In this document: positions 17,349 through 26,446 of the stretch, piece by piece | Position numbering within the stretch: the stretch's first letter is position 1 | Layout of the letters: each line of letters begins with the position of its first letter | Source: a virus | Virus record (IMG/VR): IMGVR_UViG_3300032738_000111 | Span: 14,241-78,240 of that record | Reading direction: 5' to 3' (one strand) | Length of the DNA stretch: 64,000 nt | Position numbers and translations under genes: made by a program | Notes under the pieces: model-generated | Told to the model about the DNA's origin: nothing | Databases searched by the model: none | Seen by the model: the letters and a program-made list of their open reading frames with translations, nothing else

Positions 17349-18364
17349 ACTTTCACACTCCCATCTGGGTTGCGGTCTATCTCCTTGAAGTCACTTGGCG
17401 GGATCGGGCCGCGACCACCGCCTGCCGCCGCTCGCGATCCGCCGGACTGTTGAGGTTCAAACTCCCAAGGCCGGTTGACTGCCAGCTTGAACTGTTTGCA
17501 AAAGAATGCCCAGGGATTCGCGTTGCCTGTCGGTTGCGGCTTTGTGACAAACGCCTTCTTCACCGCCTGCTCAATGACTTCCCATCCATCGGCCTTGAAG
17601 AGTTCCGTCAGGCCGCTGTAGCCTTTCAGGTTTCCCTTGCCCTTCGGCATGTCGCCAAGGTCAAGCATTTCCCAACACTCCCGGATGACTCTCTGCACCT
17701 CGGTTTCTTTCCGAGGCTTCTTCTCAGGAGCGGTCTCAGGAAGCGGCGGTTGTTCGGGTCCATCATCAGGTTCTTCGACTTCAGAACCCGCCGCGATAGC
17801 GGCGAGAGGTTCTTCTACCTCTGCCTCTGTGTCTGCCTCTACGTCTGAGTCTACGTCTGAGTCTACGTCTAGGGCGTTTTCGCCGGAGTAGTCCATGACA
17901 AGTCCGGGAGTAGTCCGGGACTTCGGCTCTAATGCGTCTGTAAGCCCGTAGAAGGCGGGTTGCCTGTCACAATCTTCTTCTTCCATATATTGGCGCAACT
18001 CCTGCGGAAGTCGCCAGCAAGGAGGTAAGTTATTGACGGGTTGGCCTACTCGGCCCCACTTGATGCTTTGGTGTTTGTGGAAGTTTACGATGTAGAGTAG
18101 TTGCTTCCCATTCTCACTATACGGGTAGAGAAGGCCCGCCTCTACTTGAGCATAGATACACTTCTGGACCTCGGCTTTTGTGATGTCCATTCCAGGGCAA
18201 ACGCGGGCGCGATACTCCGTCGCCGACCCCGGCATAATCGCATAGACATCCACCTTCGGTAAACTCCAAGTGAAGAGAAGCGCAGCCATTGTGTTCCGCT
18301 CGGCGAGGCCGCAGAGCTTCTCGTCTGCGCCGATCTCCTCAGTTATCTTTGCCCACCTGAGCAT
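17345..18364 (-). CDS. Putative phage replication initiator
   Basis: N-terminal wHTH-like region (GLLYPY...LYIVNFHKHQ), acidic low-complexity linker with DNA repeats, position upstream of the DnaC-like gene. Confidence 0.7.
   Translation of the reverse strand: MLRWAKITEEIGADEKLCGLAERNTMAALLFTWSLPKVDVYAIMPGSATEYRARVCPGMDITKAEVQKCIYAQVEAGLLYPYSENGKQLLYIVNFHKHQSIKWGRVGQPVNNLPPCWRLPQELRQYMEEEDCDRQPAFYGLTDALEPKSRTTPGLVMDYSGENALDVDSDVDSDVEADTEAEVEEPLAAIAAGSEVEEPDDGPEQPPLPETAPEKKPRKETEVQRVIRECWEMLDLGDMPKGKGNLKGYSGLTELFKADGWEVIEQAVKKAFVTKPQPTGNANPWAFFCKQFKLAVNRPWEFEPQQSGGSRAAAGGGRGPIPPSDFKEIDRNPDGSVKV
17838..17920. repeat. Short direct repeats inside the initiator gene (candidate origin iterons)
   Basis: TCTACGTCTGAG x2.7, GGAGTAGTCC x2, AGTCCGGGA x2. 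Confidence 0.45.
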
Positions 18365-18686
18365 CTACATCCTCCGGTTCGGTGCAATCAGGCTTTTCCC
18401 ATAAAGAGAAGAAGTCCGTCTCCATCTCGTCACGCACTTCCTTGCCTGCGTTACTATGAACGTAGCAGTGGCACGCACTGCATAAAACGATACCATTCTC
18501 GACTACTGCCCGAAGCTCTACGTGCGTGATATATGGCACTCGGTGATGCACCTCAAGGGCCATGTTTCGCTTAGGCCCATTGCCGCACAACTCACACTTG
18601 CCATTAGCCCTCCGTAGGCAAGCGTGCCGCCAAGATAGACACTCGCGCGTGTGCCGAAACTTGTTGATCTCGCTGCGTCGTTGCAT
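18339..18686 (-). CDS. HNH endonuclease
   Basis: CELCG...LEVHH...NGIVLCSACH..VH; GGAGG Shine-Dalgarno. Confidence 0.9.
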   Translation of the reverse strand: MQRRSEINKFRHTRECLSWRHACLRRANGKCELCGNGPKRNMALEVHHRVPYITHVELRAVVENGIVLCSACHCYVHSNAGKEVRDEMETDFFSLWEKPDCTEPEDVDAQVGKDN

Positions 18687-18850
18687 ATTGCCAGCCTCCA
18701 AAGACGACAAGGCCCACTGCGAAATCGCACACCCGGCAAAGAGTGAAGGCGTTTTCTGGTGCAGTGGGCCTATATGGTTTGTGGGACATGCAAAAAGCCT
18801 TCCTTCTTCGCCGGTATGCTCAGTCTATCACGCCGGGCCGCCGAAGTCAA
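18687..18850 (-). promoter_or_regulatory. Sigma70 promoter and structured leader of the HNH gene
   Basis: TTGACT-17bp-TAGACT; interleaved complements CCGGCGAAGA/TCTTTGCCGG, GAAGGC/GCCTTC, AGGCCCACTGC/GCAGTGGGCCT. Confidence 0.7.
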
Positions 18851-18859
18851 GCCCCTTCT

Positions 18860-19201
18860 TCACCTTCCCACAACAAGCAACACTCGTCGCGCCCTGGTAG
18901 CTGCCGCTTCTTCGTCGAGCAATCGCGCCGCAATCTGCTTCGCTGCCGCCCATCGGCACTTCACTGTCCGCTCTAGGAGCCACAGCCGAGCGCAGGCCTT
19001 GAGTTGGGGCACCGGCGGCTCCGTGCTTTTCCAGTGGGATAGCCATGCTGTAGCCTCCTCCCAAAGCATTTCCATGAGTCGGCCAGCAACCTCCTGTTGA
19101 CCTATCGGCGGTCGGCACTCACAGATGCTCTGCGAGAACGCAGTCCCTACTGGGCGCGTCCATCCTCGCAGTAATTCCTCAGCAGCGTCTATCGCCTTCA
19201 T
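18860..19201 (-). CDS. Hypothetical protein
   Basis: ATGA-coupled to the upstream gene. Confidence 0.55.
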   Translation of the reverse strand: MKAIDAAEELLRGWTRPVGTAFSQSICECRPPIGQQEVAGRLMEMLWEEATAWLSHWKSTEPPVPQLKACARLWLLERTVKCRWAAAKQIAARLLDEEAAATRARRVLLVVGR

Positions 19202-19422
19202 CCCGCCACTCCCTTTCTCAATCTCCGCAGCATCTCGCGGCTCGTCACTTTACACACATCTGGGTCTGCCATTAGCCGCGCCTTCGGGTTCGCCCATGCG
19301 TCATAGTGCGGGTGCTTCGCGTCGGCCTGAAACCACTTGCGCTTGAGGCCCACCTGCCGTGCCTTGGTGTGGAGTTCCTCTTCATCGGTTGACATCAGGT
19401 GGGTTCCGTCGAAGAAGAGCAT
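19198..19422 (-). CDS. DUF4031-like protein
   Basis: HLMS..EELH..A..GLKRKWFQ....HPHYD. Confidence 0.75.
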   Translation of the reverse strand: MLFFDGTHLMSTDEEELHTKARQVGLKRKWFQADAKHPHYDAWANPKARLMADPDVCKVTSREMLRRLRKGVAG

Positions 19423-19775
19423 CCCGCCCCTCCCTTTCGCTCAAGCTCCGCGTCTTCAATCCGTGTCACAACACTTGACTTGCCCGCAAACGCCTCAATG
19501 CTTTCGAGTAGTCTGTTGTCTAACGAACCGCCCTCTCGCACATACTCAATCACGTATAAGCCTCCCTCGTCGCCGAATATCATGATGTGGAAATGAACGC
19601 CCCTGAGGTAGTCGAGCACTTGCCAGTGATTGCGGTTCAACTGGGTAAGCCCGAAGCCCTTTGGCCGTCCTCTCCGATGGCACAAGTAACCGAACCATTG
19701 CCAACCAGAAGCAAGCTGTCGGCACTTAGCCTTCGGCATGATGCGGAACCGGCGCATGATCTGCGACTCAGTCAT
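19395..19775 (-). CDS. Hypothetical protein
   Basis: ATGA-coupled to the upstream gene. Confidence 0.55.
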   Translation of the reverse strand: MTESQIMRRFRIMPKAKCRQLASGWQWFGYLCHRRGRPKGFGLTQLNRNHWQVLDYLRGVHFHIMIFGDEGGLYVIEYVREGGSLDNRLLESIEAFAGKSSVVTRIEDAELERKGGAGCSSSTEPT

Positions 19776-20032
19776 GTTTTCACATTCTCCTTCGCGGCCT
19801 CAAGCTCCGCGTGTTTACGTTCTACATCGGCTATGGCGTCGGCAGCTAATCGGTATGGTTTCCATGTGGCCATGCGCGACGTGATGGGCGCATACTGCCA
19901 GCAACGATACTCCCAAGGTCGCCCGCGCAGGTTTTCGACAAAAGCCCAGGCATAGCGGCCATCTGCGTCAGCGGGAAATCGCTTCATCCATCCACGCGGC
20001 ACACGCTCCCATCCCTCAGGTAGCGGCTTCAT
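19772..20032 (-). CDS. Hypothetical Trp-rich protein (LPEGW motif)
   Basis: Shares its LPEGW start with 20813-21142. Confidence 0.55.
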   Translation of the reverse strand: MKPLPEGWERVPRGWMKRFPADADGRYAWAFVENLRGRPWEYRCWQYAPITSRMATWKPYRLAADAIADVERKHAELEAAKENVKT

Positions 20033-20382
20033 TTCTTCGCGCCATCCTCTCCCGCAGCATCATCAATACACCGCAGGTCAAGTATGTTGCCCATTCCCAA
20101 CCTGTCTGTCATAGTCGGCTCCTGCAAGTACACCCAGAAGCTGAAGCCTCCATCCTCGTTTATCTCTCCACTGGGTGCAATCCAGCCAAAGCCGATTTGC
20201 TCCTCGCCGCGCCACACATCCACATCAAGTTCGCGTTGGGCTGCTGCGTATTCGCGGTCGCCTGTGGTAAGCGCACATAGCTCAACAGCGTCAAAGTCAT
20301 CATCGGTGTAGTGCTCAGGCGATTCGCAATCGGCCCTTGCGATATTCACTATCTGGCCACACAGGAGTATTGTGTTACTCAT
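20029..20382 (-). CDS. Hypothetical acidic protein
   Basis: ATGA-coupled at both ends. Confidence 0.55.
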   Translation of the reverse strand: MSNTILLCGQIVNIARADCESPEHYTDDDFDAVELCALTTGDREYAAAQRELDVDVWRGEEQIGFGWIAPSGEINEDGGFSFWVYLQEPTMTDRLGMGNILDLRCIDDAAGEDGAKK

Positions 20383-20816
20383 CCAGCCACTCCCTTTCGC
20401 GCGGCCTCAAGCTCCGCTTCGGTAATCTGCCACAACCCCTGCCGACCGCGCATAGGTATCGGTTCGTCGAAGGACTGCGGGTTCTCCAGTAGCCAGTGCC
20501 ACATGCCCCCAGCAAGTTCGGCCCACTCGCTGTCGCTCGGCCAGATACATCCCACAAGTTCAACCTGGCCGATGATTGCGCCGCGCCACGCCTTCGCATG
20601 ACAAAGGGTCTGAATCAATCGGAGGTCCCATTTCCTTGTGTCGTTATTGGCATACTCTAACAACTTGTCGAAGCCATCAGTGCTCCACTGCTTGCCCGCA
20701 TGTATCAGCAATGGACCTCTGTAGTGTATCCTTCGAGAACGATTCTCCACGTCCTTGATACCGTGGATTATCAGACTTGCAAAGGGTTGGTGGACAGTCA
20801 GGCACTTATGAATCAT
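20379..20816 (-). CDS. ASCH domain protein
   Basis: LTVHQPFASLIIHGIKDVENRS...YRGPLLIHAGK...RGRQGLW. Confidence 0.9.
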   Translation of the reverse strand: MIHKCLTVHQPFASLIIHGIKDVENRSRRIHYRGPLLIHAGKQWSTDGFDKLLEYANNDTRKWDLRLIQTLCHAKAWRGAIIGQVELVGCIWPSDSEWAELAGGMWHWLLENPQSFDEPIPMRGRQGLWQITEAELEAARKGVAG

Positions 20817-21142
20817 CCCGCACCATCCTCTCCGACGCCCGCCGCCGCGAGGTCCCCGTAGTACAGTTGCGCGGCCTCGCGACGAAGGGTCAACAGTTTT
20901 GCCTCCGTGTTCTCGTGCAAGGCGTCACACATGAGCGCGGTACTTCTCACTGTTATGCCAGGTACGGTTTCGAGACGTTTCGCGTTCCACCAATACTCGC
21001 CGACAAACCCATCCTTGCGTTTGTACACACGAGCCCAGGGGCAGCAATGGCATTCGCCGAAACGCCTCTCCCAGTAACCACTTCCATCATCCTCAAGCTG
21101 GTGGAATACCCACCCTTCCGGCAGCTTCTCAAGATTAGTCAT
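20813..21142 (-). CDS. Hypothetical Trp-rich protein (LPEGW motif)
   Basis: AAGGGGA Shine-Dalgarno before ATG 21142. Confidence 0.55.
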   Translation of the reverse strand: MTNLEKLPEGWVFHQLEDDGSGYWERRFGECHCCPWARVYKRKDGFVGEYWWNAKRLETVPGITVRSTALMCDALHENTEAKLLTLRREAAQLYYGDLAAAGVGEDGAG

Positions 21143-21144
21143 AT

Positions 21145-22458
21145 TCAATCCCCTTTCAGTGTTGCGCGACAGGATGTAAACAATTCCGATGACTGAGAAG
21201 CTAGTGTCTCCCCTTGCGTTTGAGGTTCCTGCTTCATCAGACCTAACAACTGTATCGGCCCTCCACAGGCTTCGGATTCGGCGGGACACCCGCCTATCTG
21301 TTGCAAACCTCTGTTCAATATGTTTCGAGCCGCGTTTACGTCACGGCCAATGCTTAGTCCGCACTCAGGACAGTCATGGACTCTGTCCCACAGGCGCTTC
21401 GGTACAATCGCCCAGCACTGCGAACAGGCCTGGGTAGTCCCTCGCGCAGGCACTCTCACTAACTGCGCACCTAGTTCTTCGCACTTATACTCAAGCATCT
21501 CGACGAGCTTGCTCCAGCCCGCGTCGGCAATGCTCTTGTGCAGGCCCTTCTCCCGTTGCCCTCCGCCAGCTTCCTTCTGCAATAGGTCGCCAGCTATTCT
21601 GTCCTCTACGGCTATCAGGTCATACTGCTCGACGAGTTGACGGGACAGCGTGTGCAGAAAGGCCTCCCGCGCATTCGCCACATCATGCTCGGCACGTGCT
21701 ACTTTCAGCGCCGCCTTTTTCCGGTTTGCCGAACCCTTCTTTGCCCTTGCCAGCCGACGCGCCAGTTTCGTCCGCTTCTTCTGCGCATTCCGATAGTATT
21801 GCGGTGGCTTCACTTCTTCGCCTTCCGAGGTGGTAATCAACGACGAGCAGCCTACGTCGATGCCAATACAACGCAACGGCTCCACTATGGGCGGTGCCGG
21901 TATCCCGTTGTCGCCTGCCAAGGCAACATACCATTTCCCGGCAACGCGCCGGACAGAGAGGGCCTTCACGTCGAGGTTGGGCGGCACTTTTGGACGGGCG
22001 TTGATCAAGCCAATTTTAGGCACATTGACCTTGCCGTCGCGCCACTGCTCCACATCGCCCGCGTCGCGCGATATGAGATTCGGGGTATCGCGCTTTGGCC
22101 TTGGATACCCAGGCCGCTCGCCGTTCTTACAGCGCCGGAAGAATGCCTGGAAAGCAACGTCGAGGTTCTTCAGTACGCCTCGCGCAAAGACACTCGGCAC
22201 AGCCCTCAATTCAGGATATTGTTTGCGGGACTTCGCTAACTGTGCGCATTGATCAATGTAGGATATTGACCACTTCTTCTTGATGGCGGAGGCGTCTTCA
22301 TTTGGCTTCTCATCCAACTCCCGCTTGCAACCCTCCCACGCCTGCTCGCGGTCAAGCAGTGAGTAGTTCCAGAGGCGGCGGCAGATTTCCATCCATGCCA
22401 ACAACTGAGCTTCCTGCGCCTTCGTCGGATATAGGCGATACTTCTGGGCGCGTATCAT
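21145..22458 (-). CDS. tnpB: IS200/IS605-family TnpB RNA-guided endonuclease (no tnpA nearby)
   Basis: KYRLYPT N-terminus, RuvC-I GIDVG, RuvC-II AVED, TTQACSQC/CPECG zinc finger, RuvC-III RDVNAARNI. Confidence 0.93.
   Translation of the reverse strand: MIRAQKYRLYPTKAQEAQLLAWMEICRRLWNYSLLDREQAWEGCKRELDEKPNEDASAIKKKWSISYIDQCAQLAKSRKQYPELRAVPSVFARGVLKNLDVAFQAFFRRCKNGERPGYPRPKRDTPNLISRDAGDVEQWRDGKVNVPKIGLINARPKVPPNLDVKALSVRRVAGKWYVALAGDNGIPAPPIVEPLRCIGIDVGCSSLITTSEGEEVKPPQYYRNAQKKRTKLARRLARAKKGSANRKKAALKVARAEHDVANAREAFLHTLSRQLVEQYDLIAVEDRIAGDLLQKEAGGGQREKGLHKSIADAGWSKLVEMLEYKCEELGAQLVRVPARGTTQACSQCWAIVPKRLWDRVHDCPECGLSIGRDVNAARNILNRGLQQIGGCPAESEACGGPIQLLGLMKQEPQTQGETLASQSSELFTSCRATLKGD
21156..21300 (-). 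ncRNA. Candidate TnpB omega/reRNA scaffold plus guide
   Basis: GCCTGTGGAG and TGAAGCAGGAA motifs typical of IS605 right ends; putative end GTTTAC (21181-21176); predicted guide ATCCTGTCGCGCAACACTGA. Confidence 0.6.
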
Positions 22459-22461
22459 CAC

Positions 22462-22617
22462 AAGCTCCAGAATCAGATAGCCCGCCCACTTTCGATTGCG
22501 CTTCGTCCGCAGAGACGCAGTGCCTTCGATAGATGGACGGGCTATAATGAGTCGCACAAAAAGCACTGCTGACTCTGCGGATACTCTGATTATAGAGGTT
22601 GCTGGCACTGGAGTCAA
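22462..22617 (-). promoter_or_regulatory. Sigma70 promoter and structured leader of tnpB
   Basis: TTGACT-17bp-TATAAT; interleaved complements TCCGCAGAG/CTCTGCGGA, GCAGTGC/GCACTGC, ATAGCCCGTCCA/TGGGCGGGCTAT. Confidence 0.75.
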
Positions 22618-22624
22618 GGCCTTT

Positions 22625-23251
22625 CTACGGGAGTTTGTTCTGGCGGTATGCTTCTTCGATGACTTGCTCGTGCCGTGAATGCGCTTGCCATATCCGACCG
22701 TGCTTCTGCGTCCGGTGCATGTATCCAATGGAGCGGCCTGGCAGCCAGTCGTGATAGCGGCGAGGGTAAAACACCCTCTTCGCTACAGCGTATCCGCGCA
22801 AGCCCCACTCGTAGTAACCATGCCACTCTTTGCAGTGAGCGCGAATGTTCGCCTTCGGGTCTGTGCTGCCACCTGGACGATCCGTAGGCCCCGCGCATCC
22901 ATTCGTCGCCCTGTAGTGACATCGCAGGCCGATACCTGCCGCGCAATACGCCAATCCCATTTGCCAGTCTGCGCCCATGCCGAGTCGCTCGTATTCACTC
23001 ACAAAGAATTCGCAGAATGGCAGAAATCCGCTGCTTGGATAAAGTTCCCGTACAATCAGCCGACACTTAGCGACGCGCAACGCATGGACTGAGACCATCG
23101 GCCCCGCCTCGCTCACCCTCTGCGCCCTCGGCTCCGGCATGGCGGGTAGTTCCTGCGGCTCCGCCTGCGTGTGCAGGCATACAAGCCAGACTATTGCGGC
23201 GGCGACGAGGACCCAGAACAAGCCTCTGTACGGGTTGCGGTCAGGTATCAT
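22625..23251 (-). CDS. Membrane-anchored or secreted protein
   Basis: GGAGGAGG Shine-Dalgarno before ATG 23251; N-terminal TM segment. Confidence 0.6.
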   Translation of the reverse strand: MIPDRNPYRGLFWVLVAAAIVWLVCLHTQAEPQELPAMPEPRAQRVSEAGPMVSVHALRVAKCRLIVRELYPSSGFLPFCEFFVSEYERLGMGADWQMGLAYCAAGIGLRCHYRATNGCAGPTDRPGGSTDPKANIRAHCKEWHGYYEWGLRGYAVAKRVFYPRRYHDWLPGRSIGYMHRTQKHGRIWQAHSRHEQVIEEAYRQNKLP

Positions 23252-23450
23252 CGCGGGCCTCCTCCTCCGCCTGCTCGCAACAGTCTGCTGCCCGTTCTTC
23301 GCCACCGTCGAGCTTGCCACAGATGTCGCAACGCCATGCCCATCCGGGGCTGACGGTGCGGGCATGGCAGACAGGACAGGTATCAGACACGCCCTCAGAG
23401 TTTGCCAGACAGTTGGAACAGTGCGCAAACGGAACGTAGCTACTTGGCAT
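23241..23450 (-). CDS. Small Cys-rich protein
   Basis: Three CxxC pairs; GGAGGAG Shine-Dalgarno. Confidence 0.6.
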   Translation of the reverse strand: MPSSYVPFAHCSNCLANSEGVSDTCPVCHARTVSPGWAWRCDICGKLDGGEERAADCCEQAEEEARDDT

Positions 23451-23922
23451 TGTTCTCCTCCTCCGCCTGAAAGAACTCGCGGGCCTGCTGGAGCCATGCC
23501 TTTGTCTCTGGAGCCGTTGCCAAGTCGTCCATGTGCTTGATAGTTCTTTGGATTGTAGTGAAGTTCTGCGGTGCCCAGTTAGCCACGTCAGTCAAGCTGT
23601 CGAGGTCATAGAGTTGGACGAGCACAGTCGCACCAAATCGGAAGCACTCAAAGTGCTCTATGTCTTCGAGCAACAGGTGGGCAGCAAGCCTCGCCGCAAT
23701 CTCCAGCGCGCGCCGCTCCCTGTCTGGACTGAGCTTCTCGGTCTGCTCAATAAGCTCTCCGATGCGGCTGAAAACAGGCCCCCAGTGGATGTGGTACTGG
23801 CTGTCGCCAAACTCCACGCGCAAATCGGCAGCGTACTTTTCAATACTCGCCTTGACACGTTGGAGACTGCTCGGCGTCTCGACCACCGCCTCGGTTATCG
23901 GCTGCTTCGCCCTCTCGACCAT
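23440..23922 (-). CDS. Hypothetical protein
   Basis: GGAGG Shine-Dalgarno; part of the coupled operon. Confidence 0.6.
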   Translation of the reverse strand: MVERAKQPITEAVVETPSSLQRVKASIEKYAADLRVEFGDSQYHIHWGPVFSRIGELIEQTEKLSPDRERRALEIAARLAAHLLLEDIEHFECFRFGATVLVQLYDLDSLTDVANWAPQNFTTIQRTIKHMDDLATAPETKAWLQQAREFFQAEEENNAK

Positions 23923-24073
23923 TCTCTACAGGCCTCCCTTCAGAACATAGCCGAGAACACCTGCAAGCAACGCAGCAGCGATTACCGCAACGCAGCCCCA
24001 TCCGCTCGGCCATTCGTCGTATTCCCGCTTTCCCATTTCAGTCCCTCCCGAAGAATCTGCGCCTCGTCTGTTG

Positions 24074-25780
24074 TCACTCATCGCAATCTCCCTTCGCATC
24101 GGCTATCAGTGCGGCTATCTTTCCAAGCATCTCCTCAACGATCCCATGACACCCACATTTCACAGAAACAAGTGTACCACCGCGACCATATAACCACCGA
24201 TAATTCAATAGTTCGCTAATGCGGATATGCCACTCGCTGCCATCAGATTGATGATGCAACACAATCTCCGGCTCCGGCTTGTCCCGCGCGGGCTTTACCA
24301 CGAGGCCCGTGCCGAGACAGTAGGGGCACTGAGCAACAACACCAGGTGCAACAGTGTGAAAGAAACCGCTGCCTTTGCCATAGCACCGAGGGCACTCCTC
24401 CGTCTCCCGCCAGTCTGCCCGCGCGTCGAGTTGCGCTTGCAGGGCGGCGCGGGTCTCACGAGCCTCATTGCGCTCTTGGCGCAGTTCGCGCACACGGACA
24501 TCTAGCCCGTCGCGCTGATTTCGCATCCTAATCCAGTCGGCGGATTCCTCCTCTGCACGGACGCGGCTTTCGGTCTCTAGTTTCGCCACGCGCTTGGCAT
24601 TCTCATCCGAGGCCGCGTTGACCTCATTCTGCAGGTTCTTGATGGTGCGTACCTGAGCGGCATTCTGTTGCTCCAGTTCCGCGACGCGCTCCCGCAGCAG
24701 TACCGATTCCCGCCGCTCCTGCCAGACATCTGCGCCTAGTTGGGTTATCTGTTGCTTGAGTTTCGCCACGCGCGCCTCAGTGTTTGTCGAGCGCCCAGTC
24801 AGGTTTGCGACCTGTGCCTGCAATTTCCCAACCTCACCATCCTCTACGCCGCAAGCTACGCAACGCCCTTGATGCCACGGGCCACGGTCGGGCTTCTCCG
24901 GCTCCTCCTCCGGGCACGGCACGCCCGCAGCAGCGCAGTCGGCGCGGACTTCCTCACAGGCGCAATCTGTACGCATTCTGCCTTCGCGATTCTCGCAAGA
25001 AGGCCTGTTGCCCACAACTGCGCAGCCACGGCCATCAGGCGACAAGTGAGTAATCTTGCTGAACGTCCAACTATCCATGTCTCGGCGTAGCACCACCACC
25101 GGCGGCTCCGCACCCTCGCAATCCCAGGTCGGGCCGAATGCGTCGGGGTCACGGGCGAGGCGGGTGACCTCAGCGGCGGATTCGGTGACGGGTTGAGGAC
25201 CACTACGGTCATTCCATGCGCCGCCGGGATAGCGCCATGAGCCTATGATGTCTGGAGTGACATTCCCGTCAATGTTTTCGATAGAGCGATATTCATACCC
25301 TTGTCCAGACGCGCCGTGCAGCGTCACCGTCGGCTCCAACCTCGGCACCGCACCCTCGCAGTCCCAATCGGCGCCCCAAGCATCACGCGCAAGCTCGGTG
25401 ATTTCGGCAACGGTCTGGCAGACGAGCGTACCGTCATCTGGCTTTCTCGTCTCCCCGTAAACACAACGCCCCATCACTATGCGCCCGGTGTGACCACTCT
25501 TGATGCTGATAATACTGTAGAACACTCGCTTTGCATGAGTATAGGGGTCATGCAGCGTCACCGTCTTCGGCTCCGGCGCGGGGGTGGCGTCAGCTATCCG
25601 AGCATTGACCACACCAACAGGCATGTTGAGATTCTGCCACGACGTTGTCTCGACGAAGCGCACCTGCGCTCGCCAAGGCGAAGGCGGCGCAAGTCTCACC
25701 TCCGCAATTCTCTCGACTGGCACCTGTACGACTTGCCCTGTAAGAAGCTCCAGTGTTACCTCATTCTCATTGCCCATCAT
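24074..25780 (-). CDS. Modular repeat protein with coiled coil and DnaJ-like CxxCxGxG finger, paralogue of 13636-15084
   Basis: Repeated VTLH...ARD..WDCEGA modules; CPRCYGKG and CPYCLGTG. Confidence 0.7.
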   Translation of the reverse strand: MMGNENEVTLELLTGQVVQVPVERIAEVRLAPPSPWRAQVRFVETTSWQNLNMPVGVVNARIADATPAPEPKTVTLHDPYTHAKRVFYSIISIKSGHTGRIVMGRCVYGETRKPDDGTLVCQTVAEITELARDAWGADWDCEGAVPRLEPTVTLHGASGQGYEYRSIENIDGNVTPDIIGSWRYPGGAWNDRSGPQPVTESAAEVTRLARDPDAFGPTWDCEGAEPPVVVLRRDMDSWTFSKITHLSPDGRGCAVVGNRPSCENREGRMRTDCACEEVRADCAAAGVPCPEEEPEKPDRGPWHQGRCVACGVEDGEVGKLQAQVANLTGRSTNTEARVAKLKQQITQLGADVWQERRESVLLRERVAELEQQNAAQVRTIKNLQNEVNAASDENAKRVAKLETESRVRAEEESADWIRMRNQRDGLDVRVRELRQERNEARETRAALQAQLDARADWRETEECPRCYGKGSGFFHTVAPGVVAQCPYCLGTGLVVKPARDKPEPEIVLHHQSDGSEWHIRISELLNYRWLYGRGGTLVSVKCGCHGIVEEMLGKIAALIADAKGDCDE

Positions 25781-25783
25781 CGC

Positions 25784-26200
25784 TCACTCCTCGTCCTTCG
25801 GATTGTCGCGCGTGTCGAAGTTCCCGTCCACGCGCAGGTACTCCTCCACCAGTTTCACCTTCATGCGCTCTTGGTAATCTTCATTGGCGCGGATGGCGGC
25901 ACAGACCATTTCATCGAAGAGTTCTGGGATACGACCACTATTCGCGAGTTCCATGACAGCCATTATATCCCCGCTCCTGCCGTCCCGATACGACTCTTCG
26001 ACGATCCGCAGATAGAACACGTAGAGACTTCGCTGGTTGTAGCATTCGTCAAAGACTTCCAGCATCTCCACGGCACCGATGCCAAGCCCGTCGCAGAGGT
26101 CGGCCAAGTCCATCTCAGCCAGCTTGCCCTCCACGTTGTCATTCGCGTAGTCCATCGCGCGGTTGCCCTTGTCGTCATCAGGATCGCCGGGATGTCTCAT
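25784..26200 (-). CDS. Acidic hypothetical protein, paralogue of 32943-33287
   Basis: DPDDDKGNRAMDYANDNVEGKLAEMDL...AIRANEDYQERM. Confidence 0.7.
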   Translation of the reverse strand: MRHPGDPDDDKGNRAMDYANDNVEGKLAEMDLADLCDGLGIGAVEMLEVFDECYNQRSLYVFYLRIVEESYRDGRSGDIMAVMELANSGRIPELFDEMVCAAIRANEDYQERMKVKLVEEYLRVDGNFDTRDNPKDEE

Positions 26201-26446
26201 GTCACCTGCTTTCCTTCGCGCGCTTTTCCTGCTTGCGCTGGTATCGCTCGACAGATTCGGCAGTCAGGAAAACTGTTCTTTTTTCTTCACCGAGCCCGAT
26301 AATGTCATCGGGCACATAGCGTTCAAGAACGGGGCCGCTAGTCTCGAAATCATGCTGCCGCGAAAGTACGCTCATTTGCGGTTGGCTCAGTTTCAATAAC
26401 TTGCGAGCAGCCTTCAACGTATACGCATTCGGCTTTGTTGCGGTCA

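Noticed and set aside
21145-22728. Nuclease-dead TnpB (TldR-like) regulator, and the 527-aa length in the ORF track
   Set aside because: The RuvC D/E/D residues are all present, and the N-terminal extension runs across the promoter and leader, so the start is near 22458.
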